The notes under the pieces are model-generated. The model did not search any database. It was given only the letters and a program-made list of their open reading frames with translations, and was not told the origin of the DNA. From assembly GCA_030753015.1 (NCBI GenBank), contig JASMDC010000006.1, positions 1 through 64,000 of the forward strand: a stretch of 64,000 nt of DNA. Direction: 5' to 3'. Position 1 is the first letter of the stretch. Every line of letters starts with the position of its first letter. The DNA comes from Candidatus Undinarchaeales archaeon. GTDB lineage: Archaea > SpSt-1190 > JASMDC01. This document shows, in pieces, positions 1-9,292 of the stretch. Both the position numbers and the translations under genes were made by a program.

Positions 1-336
1 GCACGCCTCCAGCACAGCACGAGTGCCCTCCACGTTGACACGGTGGGTGGCCGCGGGATCCCGCACCGAGAACCGCACACCGGGCTGAGCGGCGAGGTGG
101 TAGACAATATCGATCCCCTCCAGCGCCCGCTCTATGGTCGCCGGATCGAGGATGTCGCCCCTCACGAACTCGAATCCCTCCCTTCCATCCAGGTGGGCGA
201 TGTTGGCCTCCTTGCCGGTGTAGTCGGGAAAGAGGTTGTCCAGCACCCGCACGGGGCCGCGCTCGAGGAGCGCCTCTGCAAGGTGCGAGCCGATGAACCC
301 GGCGCCACCGGTTACGAGGAAGGATGGGGAACCCAT
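1..336 (-). CDS. NAD-dependent epimerase/dehydratase (extended SDR), 3' end runs off the window
   Basis: Not in the ORF track. Minus strand from ATG 336 reads MGSPSFLVTGGAGFIGSHLAEA...IVYHLAAQPGVRFSVRDPAATHRVNVEGTRAVLEAC (TGGAGFIG Rossmann motif, HLAA motif). Confidence 0.88.
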   Translation of the reverse strand, partial: MGSPSFLVTGGAGFIGSHLAEALLERGPVRVLDNLFPDYTGKEANIAHLDGREGFEFVRGDILDPATIERALEGIDIVYHLAAQPGVRFSVRDPAATHRVNVEGTRAVLEAC

Positions 337-391
337 CGTGCCATGGGGGCTGGCGAAAACTATTAAACCTACCCCGCCAACCCCCTCGACC

Positions 392-1078
392 GTGCACGAC
401 GACGTCCTCGTCATCATCCCCGCCCTCGACGAGGCCGAGCGGATAGGCCCCGTGCTGAAGGCGGTCGGGCGGAGGTTCCCGAGCATCCTCGTGGTGGACG
501 ACTGCAGCACTGACGGCACCCGCGAGGTGGCACGGAGCCACGGCGCTCGCGTAGTCCGGCACCCCATCAACCGCGGCCTCGGGGGGGCCCTTGGGACCGG
601 GTTCGCCGTTGCCAGGAAGGAGGATTTTAGGTATGTGGCCACCTGCGACGCCGACGGACAGCACAGGATGGAGGACCTGGATCGGGTGGTCGCGCCGGTG
701 CTCGCGGGCGATGCGGACCTGGTCATCGGCTCGCGCTTCCTGGAACGCGAGGGGGAGATGCCCCCGGTCAAGAGCATCGGGAACACCTTCCTCACAGCGC
801 TTACCAACCTCCTGTTCGGCAGCCGCGTCTCCGACTCCCAGTCGGGGCTGCGCGCCCTGAACCGAAAAGCGCTCGACGTGATGGACATCTACTACGACGA
901 CTACGCCGTGTCCTCCGAGATCGTCAAGCTCGCCGCCCAGAACGGCCTGGCGATAAAGGAGGTGCCCATCGCCACCCTGTACGACGACTACAACATAGAG
1001 CGGGGGACGAAGGTGTGGCACGGCACCGCCATCGCCAGCGAGATGGTGGACGCCTTCGTGCGCGAGCGAAAGCGCTAG
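392..1078 (+). CDS. Glycosyltransferase family 2 (DPM1-like polyprenol-phosphate glycosyltransferase)
   Basis: IIPALDE, VVDDCSTDGT, NRGLGGA, DADGQH, IGSRF and DSQSGLRA motifs; likely GTG start at 392 after TATTAAA at 361. Confidence 0.9.
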   Translation: MHDDVLVIIPALDEAERIGPVLKAVGRRFPSILVVDDCSTDGTREVARSHGARVVRHPINRGLGGALGTGFAVARKEDFRYVATCDADGQHRMEDLDRVVAPVLAGDADLVIGSRFLEREGEMPPVKSIGNTFLTALTNLLFGSRVSDSQSGLRALNRKALDVMDIYYDDYAVSSEIVKLAAQNGLAIKEVPIATLYDDYNIERGTKVWHGTAIASEMVDAFVRERKR

Positions 1079-1110
1079 CCTTTTTATAGCTTCCCGGCGT
1101 GGGCGGTTCC

Positions 1111-2142
1111 ATGGCCCTCCACCCGTCCATCGCATCAGGCGTCTCGGAGATACTCTCCCGCCTGGGAGACGCGAAGGTCTCCTTCGCTGGCCAGCGCGTG
1201 CTGGTCACCGGCGGCGCCGGGTTCCTTGGCTCCTGGGTATGCGACGTGCTCGTCGCCCAGGGCGCCGAGGTAGTGTGCCTCGACAACCTCTCCTCGGGCC
1301 TCGCGACCCACGTCGCCCACCTCCACGAGCGGGACGAATTCACCTTCATCGAGCACGACATCTCGCAGCCCTACTACCCCGAGGGCGGGCTAGACTGCGT
1401 GCTGCACCTGGCCAGTCGGGCATCACCCATGGAGTTCGACAAGCACCCAATCTCCATCCTCAAGGCCAACACCCTGGGCATCTGGATCGCGCTGGGCATC
1501 GCCAAGGCGAAGGACGCCCGCGTCATGTACGCGTCCACCAGCGAGGTGTACGGCGACCCCGACCCGCGGTTCGTACCCAGCCCCGAGACCTACAACGGCA
1601 ACGTCAATCCCGTGGGCGTCCGCGGGTGCTACGACGAGGCCAAGCGCTGCGGCGAGGCCTTCGTCATCGCCTACGTGCGTCAGCACGGGCTCAACGCCCG
1701 CATAGCCCGCATCTTCAACACCTACGGCCCCCGCATCCGCAGCGAGGGCATCTACGGCCGGGCGCTGCCGCGGTTCCTCGACCAGGCAATCTCCGGAAAG
1801 CCCATCACCATTTTCGGCACGGGTGAGCAGACGCGCTCGTTCACCTACGTCGTGGACGAGGTGGAGGGGCTGCTGCGCTTGGCCGCGACCGACAACGCCA
1901 AGGGCAAGGTTGTGAACATCGGCAACACCGTCGAGCGCTCCATCCTCGACCTGGCGAGGGCCGTCCAGGCGGCCTCCGGCACTGAGGTCGACCTCGTGTT
2001 CGAGCCGCTGCCCGACGACGATCCCCTGCGCCGCTGCCCCGACATAACCAAGGCCAAACAGATTCTGGGCTGGGAGCCGACCGTGACGCTGGAAGAGGGC
2101 CTAGTGCCCACGGTGGCGTGGTTCCGCGACCAGAGCGCGTGA
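1111..2142 (+). CDS. UDP-glucuronate decarboxylase (UDP-xylose synthase)-like SDR
   Basis: TGGAGFLGS, HLASRASP, STSEVYGDP, GNVNPVGVRGCYDEAKR, RIFNTYGPR, QTRSFTYV, DDPLRRCPDI; TTTTTATA at 1081. Confidence 0.88.
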   Translation: MALHPSIASGVSEILSRLGDAKVSFAGQRVLVTGGAGFLGSWVCDVLVAQGAEVVCLDNLSSGLATHVAHLHERDEFTFIEHDISQPYYPEGGLDCVLHLASRASPMEFDKHPISILKANTLGIWIALGIAKAKDARVMYASTSEVYGDPDPRFVPSPETYNGNVNPVGVRGCYDEAKRCGEAFVIAYVRQHGLNARIARIFNTYGPRIRSEGIYGRALPRFLDQAISGKPITIFGTGEQTRSFTYVVDEVEGLLRLAATDNAKGKVVNIGNTVERSILDLARAVQAASGTEVDLVFEPLPDDDPLRRCPDITKAKQILGWEPTVTLEEGLVPTVAWFRDQSA

Positions 2143-2153
2143 GACCGGGCCGT

Positions 2154-2792
2154 TCAGCGACCTGTGTCTCGTTTCGAGACCTCATAGCAGAGGACCGTCG
2201 CGAACAGGGTGGCCGGGTGGTGGACGAAGCGTGGGCGGAAATGGGTCCCCGTTACGCGTTCCACCCTGAAACCGAGCTTATCCACCATCTCGATGAAATC
2301 GGTCCTCGTCCAGAACCGTATGTGACCGGGATCGGTGACCGGGAAGCGCCCCTTGATGAGAAGACGGAGCCTGTCGAGGATGAACCCTACGTTCGGGACG
2401 GTCACGACCACGCTCCGGGACGCGACGCGCACCATCTCCTTTAGAGCCGCCCGCGGATCGAAGAGGTGCTCGAGGACCTCCGAGCACACGACGTGGTCGA
2501 AGGAGTCGTCGACGAACGGCAACGGCTTTTCAATATCGACCTGGACGACAGGGAATCCCCGTTCCTTGACCCTTTCAAGGGCCACCTTGGAGAAGTCCGC
2601 CCCGCACACCGCACACCCGAGCTCCCCGTCCAGCAGCGAGCACAGGACGCCGTCCCCGCATCCAATATCGAGCACTCGGGAATCAGGGGTGAGCATCTCC
2701 ATGATCGCATCGAACCGCTCGTGCCGCTGCCCTTCCCGGCCGGACCATTCCCGGTCATAGTAACCGTCGAGCCTCATGATCGTCCGGTCCAT
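2154..2792 (-). CDS. Class I SAM-dependent methyltransferase
   Basis: VLDIGCGDG motif I, LPFVDDSFDHVVCSEVLEHL, VTVPN. Start trimmed to ATG 2792 (or 2777) because the upstream ORF extension is antisense to a duplicated fragment. Confidence 0.85.
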   Translation of the reverse strand: MDRTIMRLDGYYDREWSGREGQRHERFDAIMEMLTPDSRVLDIGCGDGVLCSLLDGELGCAVCGADFSKVALERVKERGFPVVQVDIEKPLPFVDDSFDHVVCSEVLEHLFDPRAALKEMVRVASRSVVVTVPNVGFILDRLRLLIKGRFPVTDPGHIRFWTRTDFIEMVDKLGFRVERVTGTHFRPRFVHHPATLFATVLCYEVSKRDTGR

Positions 2793-2868
2793 TCCCGGTC
2801 CCACTTTAAGTAGGTTATTGACAACCTCCGCAGGTTCGATATTCCTGCTCTCATACTGAATCGGCGGT

Positions 2869-2958
2869 CTAGCTCTCACCTTTCCCCAGAACGACCAGCT
2901 CGGTCCCATCAAGTACCTTTCCAATGATGTTGCGACAGTCCACGATGACGGGCGTGCG
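2869..2958 (-). pseudogene. Orphan 3' end of a nucleotide-sugar dehydrogenase (diverged copy of 4978-5061)
   Basis: Reads [29 protein letters not shown] versus [27 protein letters not shown] in the intact gene; 23 bp are identical (2936-2958 = 5039-5061). Confidence 0.8.
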
Positions 2959-3130
2959 ACTCTTACCCGCAACGACCAAGTGCGCATCGAGCCGGGGAAG
3001 GTCCACACCATCGTGGCCACTGAGAACCTCGTGCTGCACGAGTTCTCGACGCCCCACCCGACCGACACCGTGCGGAAGAAGGACTTCTACGGCGTCAGGG
3101 CGGAATAGGGGCAGCCCTGTCTGACCGCTG
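2952..3130 (+). repeat. 179-bp direct repeat, copy 1 (3' end of the nucleotidyltransferase-cupin gene; copy 2 at 7301-7479)
   Basis: Manual alignment shows 3 mismatches in 179 bp, including the stop codon and downstream GGGCAGCCC..CTGACCGCTG. Confidence 0.95.
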
Positions 3131-3440
3131 TCAACGTCAGGTGCAGATTTTCCAGACAGCGTCTGGAAAATCTCCGGGTAGGCGAGATAGAAGGCACGCA
3201 TCTGGAAAAGATTGCTCAGGCCGAAACCGCGTCCGAACCGGTGCGTCAGGTCCCGTGAGAGCCGGTCCATGAGCTTGTGCCCGTACTCCGCTCGTCCTCA
3301 TCCCCCCTGCTCCCACTCCACGATGCGCCGACCGATCTCCCAGTATGTCTCTGTCATGGCCGCGTTGACCGCCCGGGCCGAGTACCGACGCGCATCGTCG
3401 AGCAGGTCCACGACACCGGAGAGGACCGATTTGTATCCGG
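3131..3440 (-). pseudogene. DUF1016/YhcG N-terminal domain remnant (in-frame TGA, nuclease domain missing)
   Basis: LLDDARRYSARAVNAAMTETYWEIGRRIVEWEQGG*GRAEYGHKLMDRLSRDLTHRFGRGFGLSNLFQMRAFYLAYPEIFQTLSGKS; stop at 3298-3300, truncated by the repeat at 3130. Confidence 0.8.
3145..3173. repeat. Perfect inverted repeat, 13-bp arms with a 3-nt spacer
   Basis: AGATTTTCCAGAC-AGC-GTCTGGAAAATCT. Confidence 0.9.
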
Positions 3441-3745
3441 ACAGCGTGCTACAGCGACCTGCGTGCCGCGGGGATGCATCGCCCTTCGGTCGCCCGGCCA
3501 CGGTGTCCGTCACGAACGGACGTAGGCTCTTGGGGATTATATGTATGCGTGACCCCCCGGCGGGGGGAAGGTCGGTACTGCTGACGGGGGCCGTCACAGC
3601 GACGCGGGGAACGCCCAAGCGGGGACGAGGTACTCGTTCATCGAATCGTAAACCACAGGTTAACGATTCACTTAACGAAATACCCGTCGACCTCGAAATC
3701 ATGCAACGCTCCGATCAGTGAGAGAGGAAGGGGCTGAGATGTGGG

Positions 3746-4183
3746 TCACGACGATAGTGAATCACGAAGCGCATCCAGGGCGACCTCGACCGTCCGCCGC
3801 GCTGAGCGCACTGCAAGAGCGGCGTTCTCCCCGCTGAACACCAGGCTGTAGTCCGCTTCGTGCCTGATGTCCATGCACAGCTCGAGGTCGTCGCCGATGC
3901 TGGCGTCGAGCTCCCCGGGCCCGACGAACAGCTCGCGCAGTGCGACGATGAGGCAGTAGTGGCCTTTCTCCCTGTATCCCTTCGAGAGCACCAGGGCCTT
4001 GGCCGCGTGGAACATGGCGTAGTACGCCTGCACGGAGGCCCACTTGAAGTCACCCTTTCCTAGGCTCTCCTCGGCGCGATGCAGGTCGTACTCAGCACTA
4101 CCGAGCTCCTTGGATACGAGCGCGGGGGACGGCTCAATCCTTACCAGCCGCCCCTCTTGCAGGCACCGCTGGAACTCGTTCAT
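3746..4183 (-). CDS. HEPN domain protein (toxin of an MNT-HEPN pair)
   Basis: AEYDLHRA, WASVQAYYAMFHAAKALV, H.CLIVAL and RHEADY (RX4Y/H-type motif); overlaps the upstream MNT gene. Confidence 0.85.
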   Translation of the reverse strand: MNEFQRCLQEGRLVRIEPSPALVSKELGSAEYDLHRAEESLGKGDFKWASVQAYYAMFHAAKALVLSKGYREKGHYCLIVALRELFVGPGELDASIGDDLELCMDIRHEADYSLVFSGENAALAVRSARRTVEVALDALRDSLSS

Positions 4184-4748
4184 GCGCACGCCTCCAGAGC
4201 ACGATGCCCGAGCTGGCGGCCTCGTGGAAGACGGGGTCGTTCTCCTTGAGCCTCATGAGATCGCTGGGAGCGAGGATGACCGCCCTCAGCGGCCTGCCTA
4301 CTGCGGACCGCCCGGAAAGCCTCCTTCTGACATCCTCCACATGCCCGGTGACAGCGAGGACATCGATGTCGCTCGTCGACGAGTCCTCTCCACGGGAACA
4401 GCTCCCGAAGAGGATTATCCTTGAGCACTGCTCCCTCACGTCCGCGACGAGGGCGTTGACCTCGAGGACGTTGACGAACACTTTGAAGTGGGTTACGGCG
4501 GCGTTCTGCTCGTTGATCCGGTAGTGGACGTTGCGGCCGCTCCTCCGGCTCGAAACGAGCTCCATGCGCGCGAGCCTGTCGAGGGCCTTGCTGCACCCGC
4601 TCGCGCTGACGCCGGCGTCGGCCGCGAGCTCCCGCACATAGGGCTCCCGTTGTGGTGATCGGGCGAGCAGCGTCAGGAGCACCGTCTCCACAGGGGTGAA
4701 CGTCACTTTTTCGCACAAATGTGCACTTTTTCGTACGATACATATCAC
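4134..4748 (-). CDS. wHTH plus minimal nucleotidyltransferase (MNT antitoxin)
   Basis: YVRELAADAGVSASGCSKALDRL helix-turn-helix; ILFGSCSRGED..SDIDVL; start uncertain (GTG 4748 or 4706). Confidence 0.85.
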   Translation of the reverse strand: MICIVRKSAHLCEKVTFTPVETVLLTLLARSPQREPYVRELAADAGVSASGCSKALDRLARMELVSSRRSGRNVHYRINEQNAAVTHFKVFVNVLEVNALVADVREQCSRIILFGSCSRGEDSSTSDIDVLAVTGHVEDVRRRLSGRSAVGRPLRAVILAPSDLMRLKENDPVFHEAASSGIVLWRRAHERVPAVPARGAAGKD

Positions 4749-4773
4749 TAGAGCTCTCCTGGTATAAATAAAT
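4704..4773 (-). promoter_or_regulatory. Putative promoter and operator of the MNT-HEPN operon
   Basis: Minus-strand TTTATTTATA at about 4763-4772; CACTTTTTCG direct repeats at 4704 and 4724 overlap the inverted repeat GCACA-AA-TGTGC. Confidence 0.5.
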
Positions 4774-4977
4774 GACCGAAGCCGTCCATGGGGCGAGCGG
4801 GGAGAGGACGGATGTGTAGCCTAGCTGGGCGATACGGCCGCCGTTTTCCCGCGGGTATGCACCGCTCTTCGGTTGCCCGGTCATGGAGTCCGCCATGAAT
4901 GGAAATGGTGCGCCCGGGGATTAAATTGATCTATGACCCCTCGAAGGGGGGAAAGTACGGCGCGGTCGTTGATCGGG

Positions 4978-6312
4978 CTAGCCCTTACCCAGCACCACCA
5001 GCTCGACGCCTTCCGGTGCCTCACCGACGATATTTCGGCAGTCCACGATGACGGGCGTGCGCATCCCTTTGACGAGGGACGCCCAGTCCGCTTTACGGAA
5101 CACTGTATGGGGCGTGACGACGAGCGCACAGTCGCTGCCCTTGAGCGCATCCTCAAGATACCCTTCAGAGGTCACATCGCCCTTGTTCGTGCGGAGCGTC
5201 TTGGCCAACGGGTCGAACGTCCGCACTTCCGCACCCCGCTCGCGCAGCTCCTCTATGATGGTGGATGCAGGGCTCTCCCGTGTGTCGGCGATGTCGCCCT
5301 TGTAGGCAAGGCCGAGCACGGTGACTGTAGCTCCCCGCAGCTTGACGCCCTTCTTCTCCAGCGCGTTCTCGACGAGGTTGACCGCGTGCACGCGCATGAA
5401 CTCGTTGATCTCGCCGGCAAGTTCGATGAAGCGCGGGATGATGCCGTGGCGCTTTGCCTGGTAGGAGAGGTAGAACGGGTCCAGGGGGATGCAATGCCCG
5501 CCGATGCCGGGCCCCGGGTAGTGCGGCATGAACCCGAAGGGTTTGGTGGACGCAGCACGCACAACCTCCCAGGTGTCGATGCCCAGGCGCTCGAAGATGA
5601 GGGCCATCTCGTTGATCAGCGCGATGTTCACGCCACGGAAGATGTTCTCCAGCATCTTGGTGGCCTCGGCCGTCTTCGCGTCTGCGACCTCGACGATGCC
5701 GCCGGGGATGATTGGGGCGAGCAGGGACGACGCCAGCCCAGTGCCCATCGGTGTGAGGCCGCCCACGACCTTGGGCGTGTCAACGACGCCATGGCCCAGC
5801 GAGCCAGGGTCCACGCGCTCGGGCGAGAAAGCGACCGCCACGTCTGCTCCGCAACGCAGTCCCGATGTCTCGAGGATAGGGACGAGCACCTCCTCGGTAG
5901 TGCCTGGATAGGTGGTGCTCTCAAGGATGACCAGGGTGCCAGCACGAAGGACACCGGCGACGTTACGCCCGGCCCTTTCCACGAACGAGAGGTCGGGAAC
6001 ATGGGCCTCGCTCAGTGGCGTGGGAACACAGATGATGAACACGTCGCAGCATCCGAGGTCGGCGGAATCGGTGGTGATGGTGAGCCTGTCGCTCAGCGCC
6101 TTCCCGAGCACACCGTCAGGGACGTCGTCCACAGGTGAGCGCCCTGCGCGCATGGCCTCGACCTTTACTGCGTCGGTGTCGAACCCGACCACGCGGTACC
6201 GCTCGATCAGGGCGAGGGCGAGCGGGAGGCCCGTGTACCCCAGCCCCAGCACTCCAACCATGGCGGTGCCTGCGGCGATCCTCTCCCGAAGGTCCTTGAA
6301 GGCGTCGTCCAT
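4978..6312 (-). CDS. Nucleotide-sugar dehydrogenase (UDP-N-acetylhexosamine dehydrogenase, WecC/WbpA family)
   Basis: [67 protein letters not shown]. Confidence 0.93.
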   Translation of the reverse strand: MDDAFKDLRERIAAGTAMVGVLGLGYTGLPLALALIERYRVVGFDTDAVKVEAMRAGRSPVDDVPDGVLGKALSDRLTITTDSADLGCCDVFIICVPTPLSEAHVPDLSFVERAGRNVAGVLRAGTLVILESTTYPGTTEEVLVPILETSGLRCGADVAVAFSPERVDPGSLGHGVVDTPKVVGGLTPMGTGLASSLLAPIIPGGIVEVADAKTAEATKMLENIFRGVNIALINEMALIFERLGIDTWEVVRAASTKPFGFMPHYPGPGIGGHCIPLDPFYLSYQAKRHGIIPRFIELAGEINEFMRVHAVNLVENALEKKGVKLRGATVTVLGLAYKGDIADTRESPASTIIEELRERGAEVRTFDPLAKTLRTNKGDVTSEGYLEDALKGSDCALVVTPHTVFRKADWASLVKGMRTPVIVDCRNIVGEAPEGVELVVLGKG

Positions 6313-6440
6313 ATGCGCTCCCGTACCGACCAAGGACCACAATCTTGAAAAGGGTATCGCGGCTGGCCTCGTGCCAACCTTTTTATTACTCATCCCCCTC
6401 CCCGTCCCCGGCCCCCCGCGGGCCGGACGGTGGTATCACG

Positions 6441-7457
6441 ATGATCGGCATGATCCTGTGCGGTGGCAAGGGCACGCGCCTGCGCCCCCTCACCGAGCAC
6501 ATCCCCAAGCCTTTGGTAGAGCTGAAGGAGGGCTACACCCTCCTCGACCGCCAGCTCTTCGACCTGGCAACGGCCGGGTGCGAGAAGGCGGTCCTGCTCA
6601 CCGGCTACCTGAGCGACAGGATCGAGGAGCGCTTTGGCAAGAAGGCCTACGGTATCAAGGTCGAGTACGCCGTGGAGGAGGAGCCTTTGGGCACCCTCAA
6701 CGCCATCCGTCTGGGAACGGAGCAGGTCAAGTGCAAGGGGAAGCCTCTCATCGTCCGCAACGGCGACGTCATCGCCGACCTCAACCTCAAGCGGATGGCC
6801 CGGGAAGCCTCCCCCGACGTGTGCGACCTGAGCATGTTCGTCACGCGCATGCGCTCGCCCTATGGCATCGTGGAGCTGGGCGACCGGCTGGTCCGGACAT
6901 TCCGGGAGAAGCCGCTGCTGGACGCTTACATCAATGGTGGTGTGTACGTTCTGCCGAAGTTCGATCCGGCCATCTTCAGCAGCCACCGGACGGGCAATAT
7001 CGAGACCACCGTGTTCCCCGAGGTCGCCCGGGCCAACCGGCTTGCGTACTACAAAGAGGACGGGCTGTTCTGGATCGCTGTGGACACCAGCAAGGAGCTG
7101 GACCAGGCGCGCAAGGAGTACGCAGCCCGCACCGACAAGCCCTGGGGCTACGAGAAGATTCTGGTGTCGACGGAGAAGTACCTCACCAAGGAGCTGTTCA
7201 TCCGCGACGGTTTCCAGACATCGCTGCACTTCCACGAGAAGAAGGACGAGACGATGTACGTCATCCAGGGGACGGGGTACGTGGAGTTCGACGACGGCGA
7301 GCGTGCGACTCTTACCCGCAACGACCAAGTGCGCATCGAGCCGGGGAAGGTCCACACCATCGTGGCCACCGAGAACCTCGTGCTGCACGAGTTCTCGACG
7401 CCCCACCCGACCGACACCGTGCGGAAGAAGGATTTCTACGGCGTCAGGGCGGAATAG
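6441..7457 (+). CDS. Sugar-phosphate nucleotidyltransferase with C-terminal cupin domain
   Basis: [33 protein letters not shown]; C-terminal KPWGYE...[14 protein letters not shown]...H cupin. Confidence 0.9.
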   Translation: MIGMILCGGKGTRLRPLTEHIPKPLVELKEGYTLLDRQLFDLATAGCEKAVLLTGYLSDRIEERFGKKAYGIKVEYAVEEEPLGTLNAIRLGTEQVKCKGKPLIVRNGDVIADLNLKRMAREASPDVCDLSMFVTRMRSPYGIVELGDRLVRTFREKPLLDAYINGGVYVLPKFDPAIFSSHRTGNIETTVFPEVARANRLAYYKEDGLFWIAVDTSKELDQARKEYAARTDKPWGYEKILVSTEKYLTKELFIRDGFQTSLHFHEKKDETMYVIQGTGYVEFDDGERATLTRNDQVRIEPGKVHTIVATENLVLHEFSTPHPTDTVRKKDFYGVRAE

Positions 7458-7479
7458 GGGCAGCCCCGTCTGACCGCTG
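7301..7479 (+). repeat. 179-bp direct repeat, copy 2
   Basis: Matches 2952-3130 with 3 mismatches. Confidence 0.95.
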
Positions 7480-7521
7480 AACCGGTACATATATTTACCA
7501 GTAGCTACAATAATATATCAT

Positions 7522-8046
7522 ATGCTACATGAATATAGCAGGTATCGCGTCCTAAGAGCGTTCTTCGAACGACCCACTCGCAGTTTCCACATGCGTGAGC
7601 TTTCGCGCTTGGTCGGCCTTACACATCCCGCCCTCCTAAACCACCTTCGCGCACTGGTCACCGATTCCCTCCTCGTCAGGAGTGAGGAAGGCTTATATCC
7701 GACGTACGAGGGGAATATGTCGAGCGAGATGTTCAGGTTGCTGAAGGGCGATGATACGGTCCATAGGCTGGACGCCACAGGGATCGTGGACTACATCGAG
7801 GAGAGCCTGCGTCCCGACTGCATAGTGCTCTTCGGCTCGGCAGCACACGGCGAGGACACGGAGGAGAGCGATATCGACCTGTTCGTACAGGCGCGAGAGA
7901 GAGAACTCGACCTCGGTGCGTACGAGGGTCCGCTTTGCAGGCGTGTCCATGTGCTGTTCGAGCCCGAAGTGCGACAGCTCGCACCCGAGCTCCTTAACAA
8001 CATCGCCAACGGACGGGTGCTCCGCGGATATCTGAAGGTGGCATGA
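7522..8046 (+). CDS. wHTH plus MNT antitoxin
   Basis: FHMRELSRLVGLTHPALLNHL helix-turn-helix; VLFGSAAHGED.EESDIDLFV; AT-rich promoter at 7486-7520. Confidence 0.85.
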   Translation: MLHEYSRYRVLRAFFERPTRSFHMRELSRLVGLTHPALLNHLRALVTDSLLVRSEEGLYPTYEGNMSSEMFRLLKGDDTVHRLDATGIVDYIEESLRPDCIVLFGSAAHGEDTEESDIDLFVQARERELDLGAYEGPLCRRVHVLFEPEVRQLAPELLNNIANGRVLRGYLKVA

Positions 8047-8468
8047 TGCGGACATGGGACGACTGTTCGCGTAAGGTCCAGAGACGGCGTCCCGATCCGG
8101 AACAGGCTCGCGCTCTTCTCAAAATGGCCGCGTTGCGCAAGCGGGACGTGGAGTCCAAGGGTGACGAATTCTGTGTCCTCATCGTCGAGGGTTATTACGA
8201 GATCCTCAAGGAACTGATGACGGCACTCCTGACAGTTGACGGTCTCAAGACGACGAGCCACGAGTGCCTCATAGCGTACGTCGAACGGCACTGCACAGGG
8301 ATCACCGGCGCGGAGGTCCACCTACTCGACCAGCTGAGACGAATGCGGAACGACATATCCTACCGGGGCGTTATGGTGGATCCGGAATATCTGGAGCGGA
8401 ACCGCGACCGGATTCGTGTACTGATAGGGAAGCTGAGGTGTGTCGTCGAGACACGTCTGCCGACGTGA
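8043..8468 (+). CDS. HEPN-like toxin
   Basis: YYEILKELMTALL, SHECLIAY, LRRMRNDISY (RX4Y); ATGA overlap with the MNT gene. Confidence 0.75.
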   Translation: MMRTWDDCSRKVQRRRPDPEQARALLKMAALRKRDVESKGDEFCVLIVEGYYEILKELMTALLTVDGLKTTSHECLIAYVERHCTGITGAEVHLLDQLRRMRNDISYRGVMVDPEYLERNRDRIRVLIGKLRCVVETRLPT

Positions 8469-8689
8469 GCGCGGTACCGACGGCGTCCGAGGGGAGTGAT
8501 GTCAGGACAAAGTGAACGAGATTCGTTGGAAGAGAGATTATCTAATTATTGATAAGAAAAAGATACTGGTGTCGAAAAAAAGATAGTCCTGAATAGTCGT
8601 AACGAGCAATAATGCCCCGTACGCCGGTCCATGGATGTCAGTAGCAACTCCACGAAGCCCTTTTAAGCATTCCCTGCCCACGGCCGTCC

Positions 8690-9289
8690 ATGGACCCCGC
8701 CCGCCTCGAGGCCGTGCGTGACGAGCTAGTGTCATCCCTGGGTGCCTGGGAGCGCGACCGCGAGACCATGCTCGCAGCATCGCGTAAGTGTATCCGTGCA
8801 TGTTCGAAGGCCATCCAGGCCGTGCACGGTGGAAGGCTCGACGACGCCCAGGCAAGGCTCGGTGAGGCACGAAAGGCGCTGGACGAGGCGCTAGTGGTCC
8901 ACCCTGGCGAGGGACAGAGCGAAGGTCTGCGCCCGACAGCACAGCAGGAGTACGTGGAGGCGGCCCTTCTCATCGGGCTCGTGGAGCATGACCGGATCCT
9001 TACTCCGGCCGAGGTGGATGTCCCCGCGCTAGCCTACGCACTCGGTGTGGCCGATCTGGTCGGTGAGTTGCGACGGAGGACTTTGGACCTGCTGCGGGCC
9101 GGGGACCGCGCCGGGGCAGAGCGCACGTTCGAGGTAATGGGCGTGCTGTTCGAGTTCCTGCAGGCGCTGGAGTTCCAGGACGGAGTTACTCCCGGGCTGC
9201 GCCGGAAGCGGGACGTGGCACGCAACCTCGTAGAGCGCACAAGAGAAGTGCTCACCCAGGCCGCGGTCGCCCACGGCCCGGGTGCTTAG
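8690..9289 (+). CDS. Translin/TRAX (C3PO) family protein
   Basis: RE..L..SR..IR..SKAI..VH, QEYVEA, Y.LG.AD.VGELRR, LRRKRDVAR. Confidence 0.88.
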   Translation: MDPARLEAVRDELVSSLGAWERDRETMLAASRKCIRACSKAIQAVHGGRLDDAQARLGEARKALDEALVVHPGEGQSEGLRPTAQQEYVEAALLIGLVEHDRILTPAEVDVPALAYALGVADLVGELRRRTLDLLRAGDRAGAERTFEVMGVLFEFLQALEFQDGVTPGLRRKRDVARNLVERTREVLTQAAVAHGPGA

Positions 9290-9292
9290 TCA

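Noticed and set aside
3298-3300. In-frame TGA as selenocysteine or recoding
   Set aside because: The position is not a Cys-equivalent site and the gene is also truncated, so pseudogenisation is the simpler explanation.
4780-4790. GCCGTCCATGG shared with 8683-8693 as an att site or target duplication
   Set aside because: Only 11 bp in GC-rich DNA, with no extension and no recombinase nearby.
4933-7480. Long alternative-frame ORFs (4933-6138, 5912-7480, 6390-7490) and similar ones elsewhere
   Set aside because: They are shadow ORFs of GC-rich genes with clear family motifs in another frame or strand.
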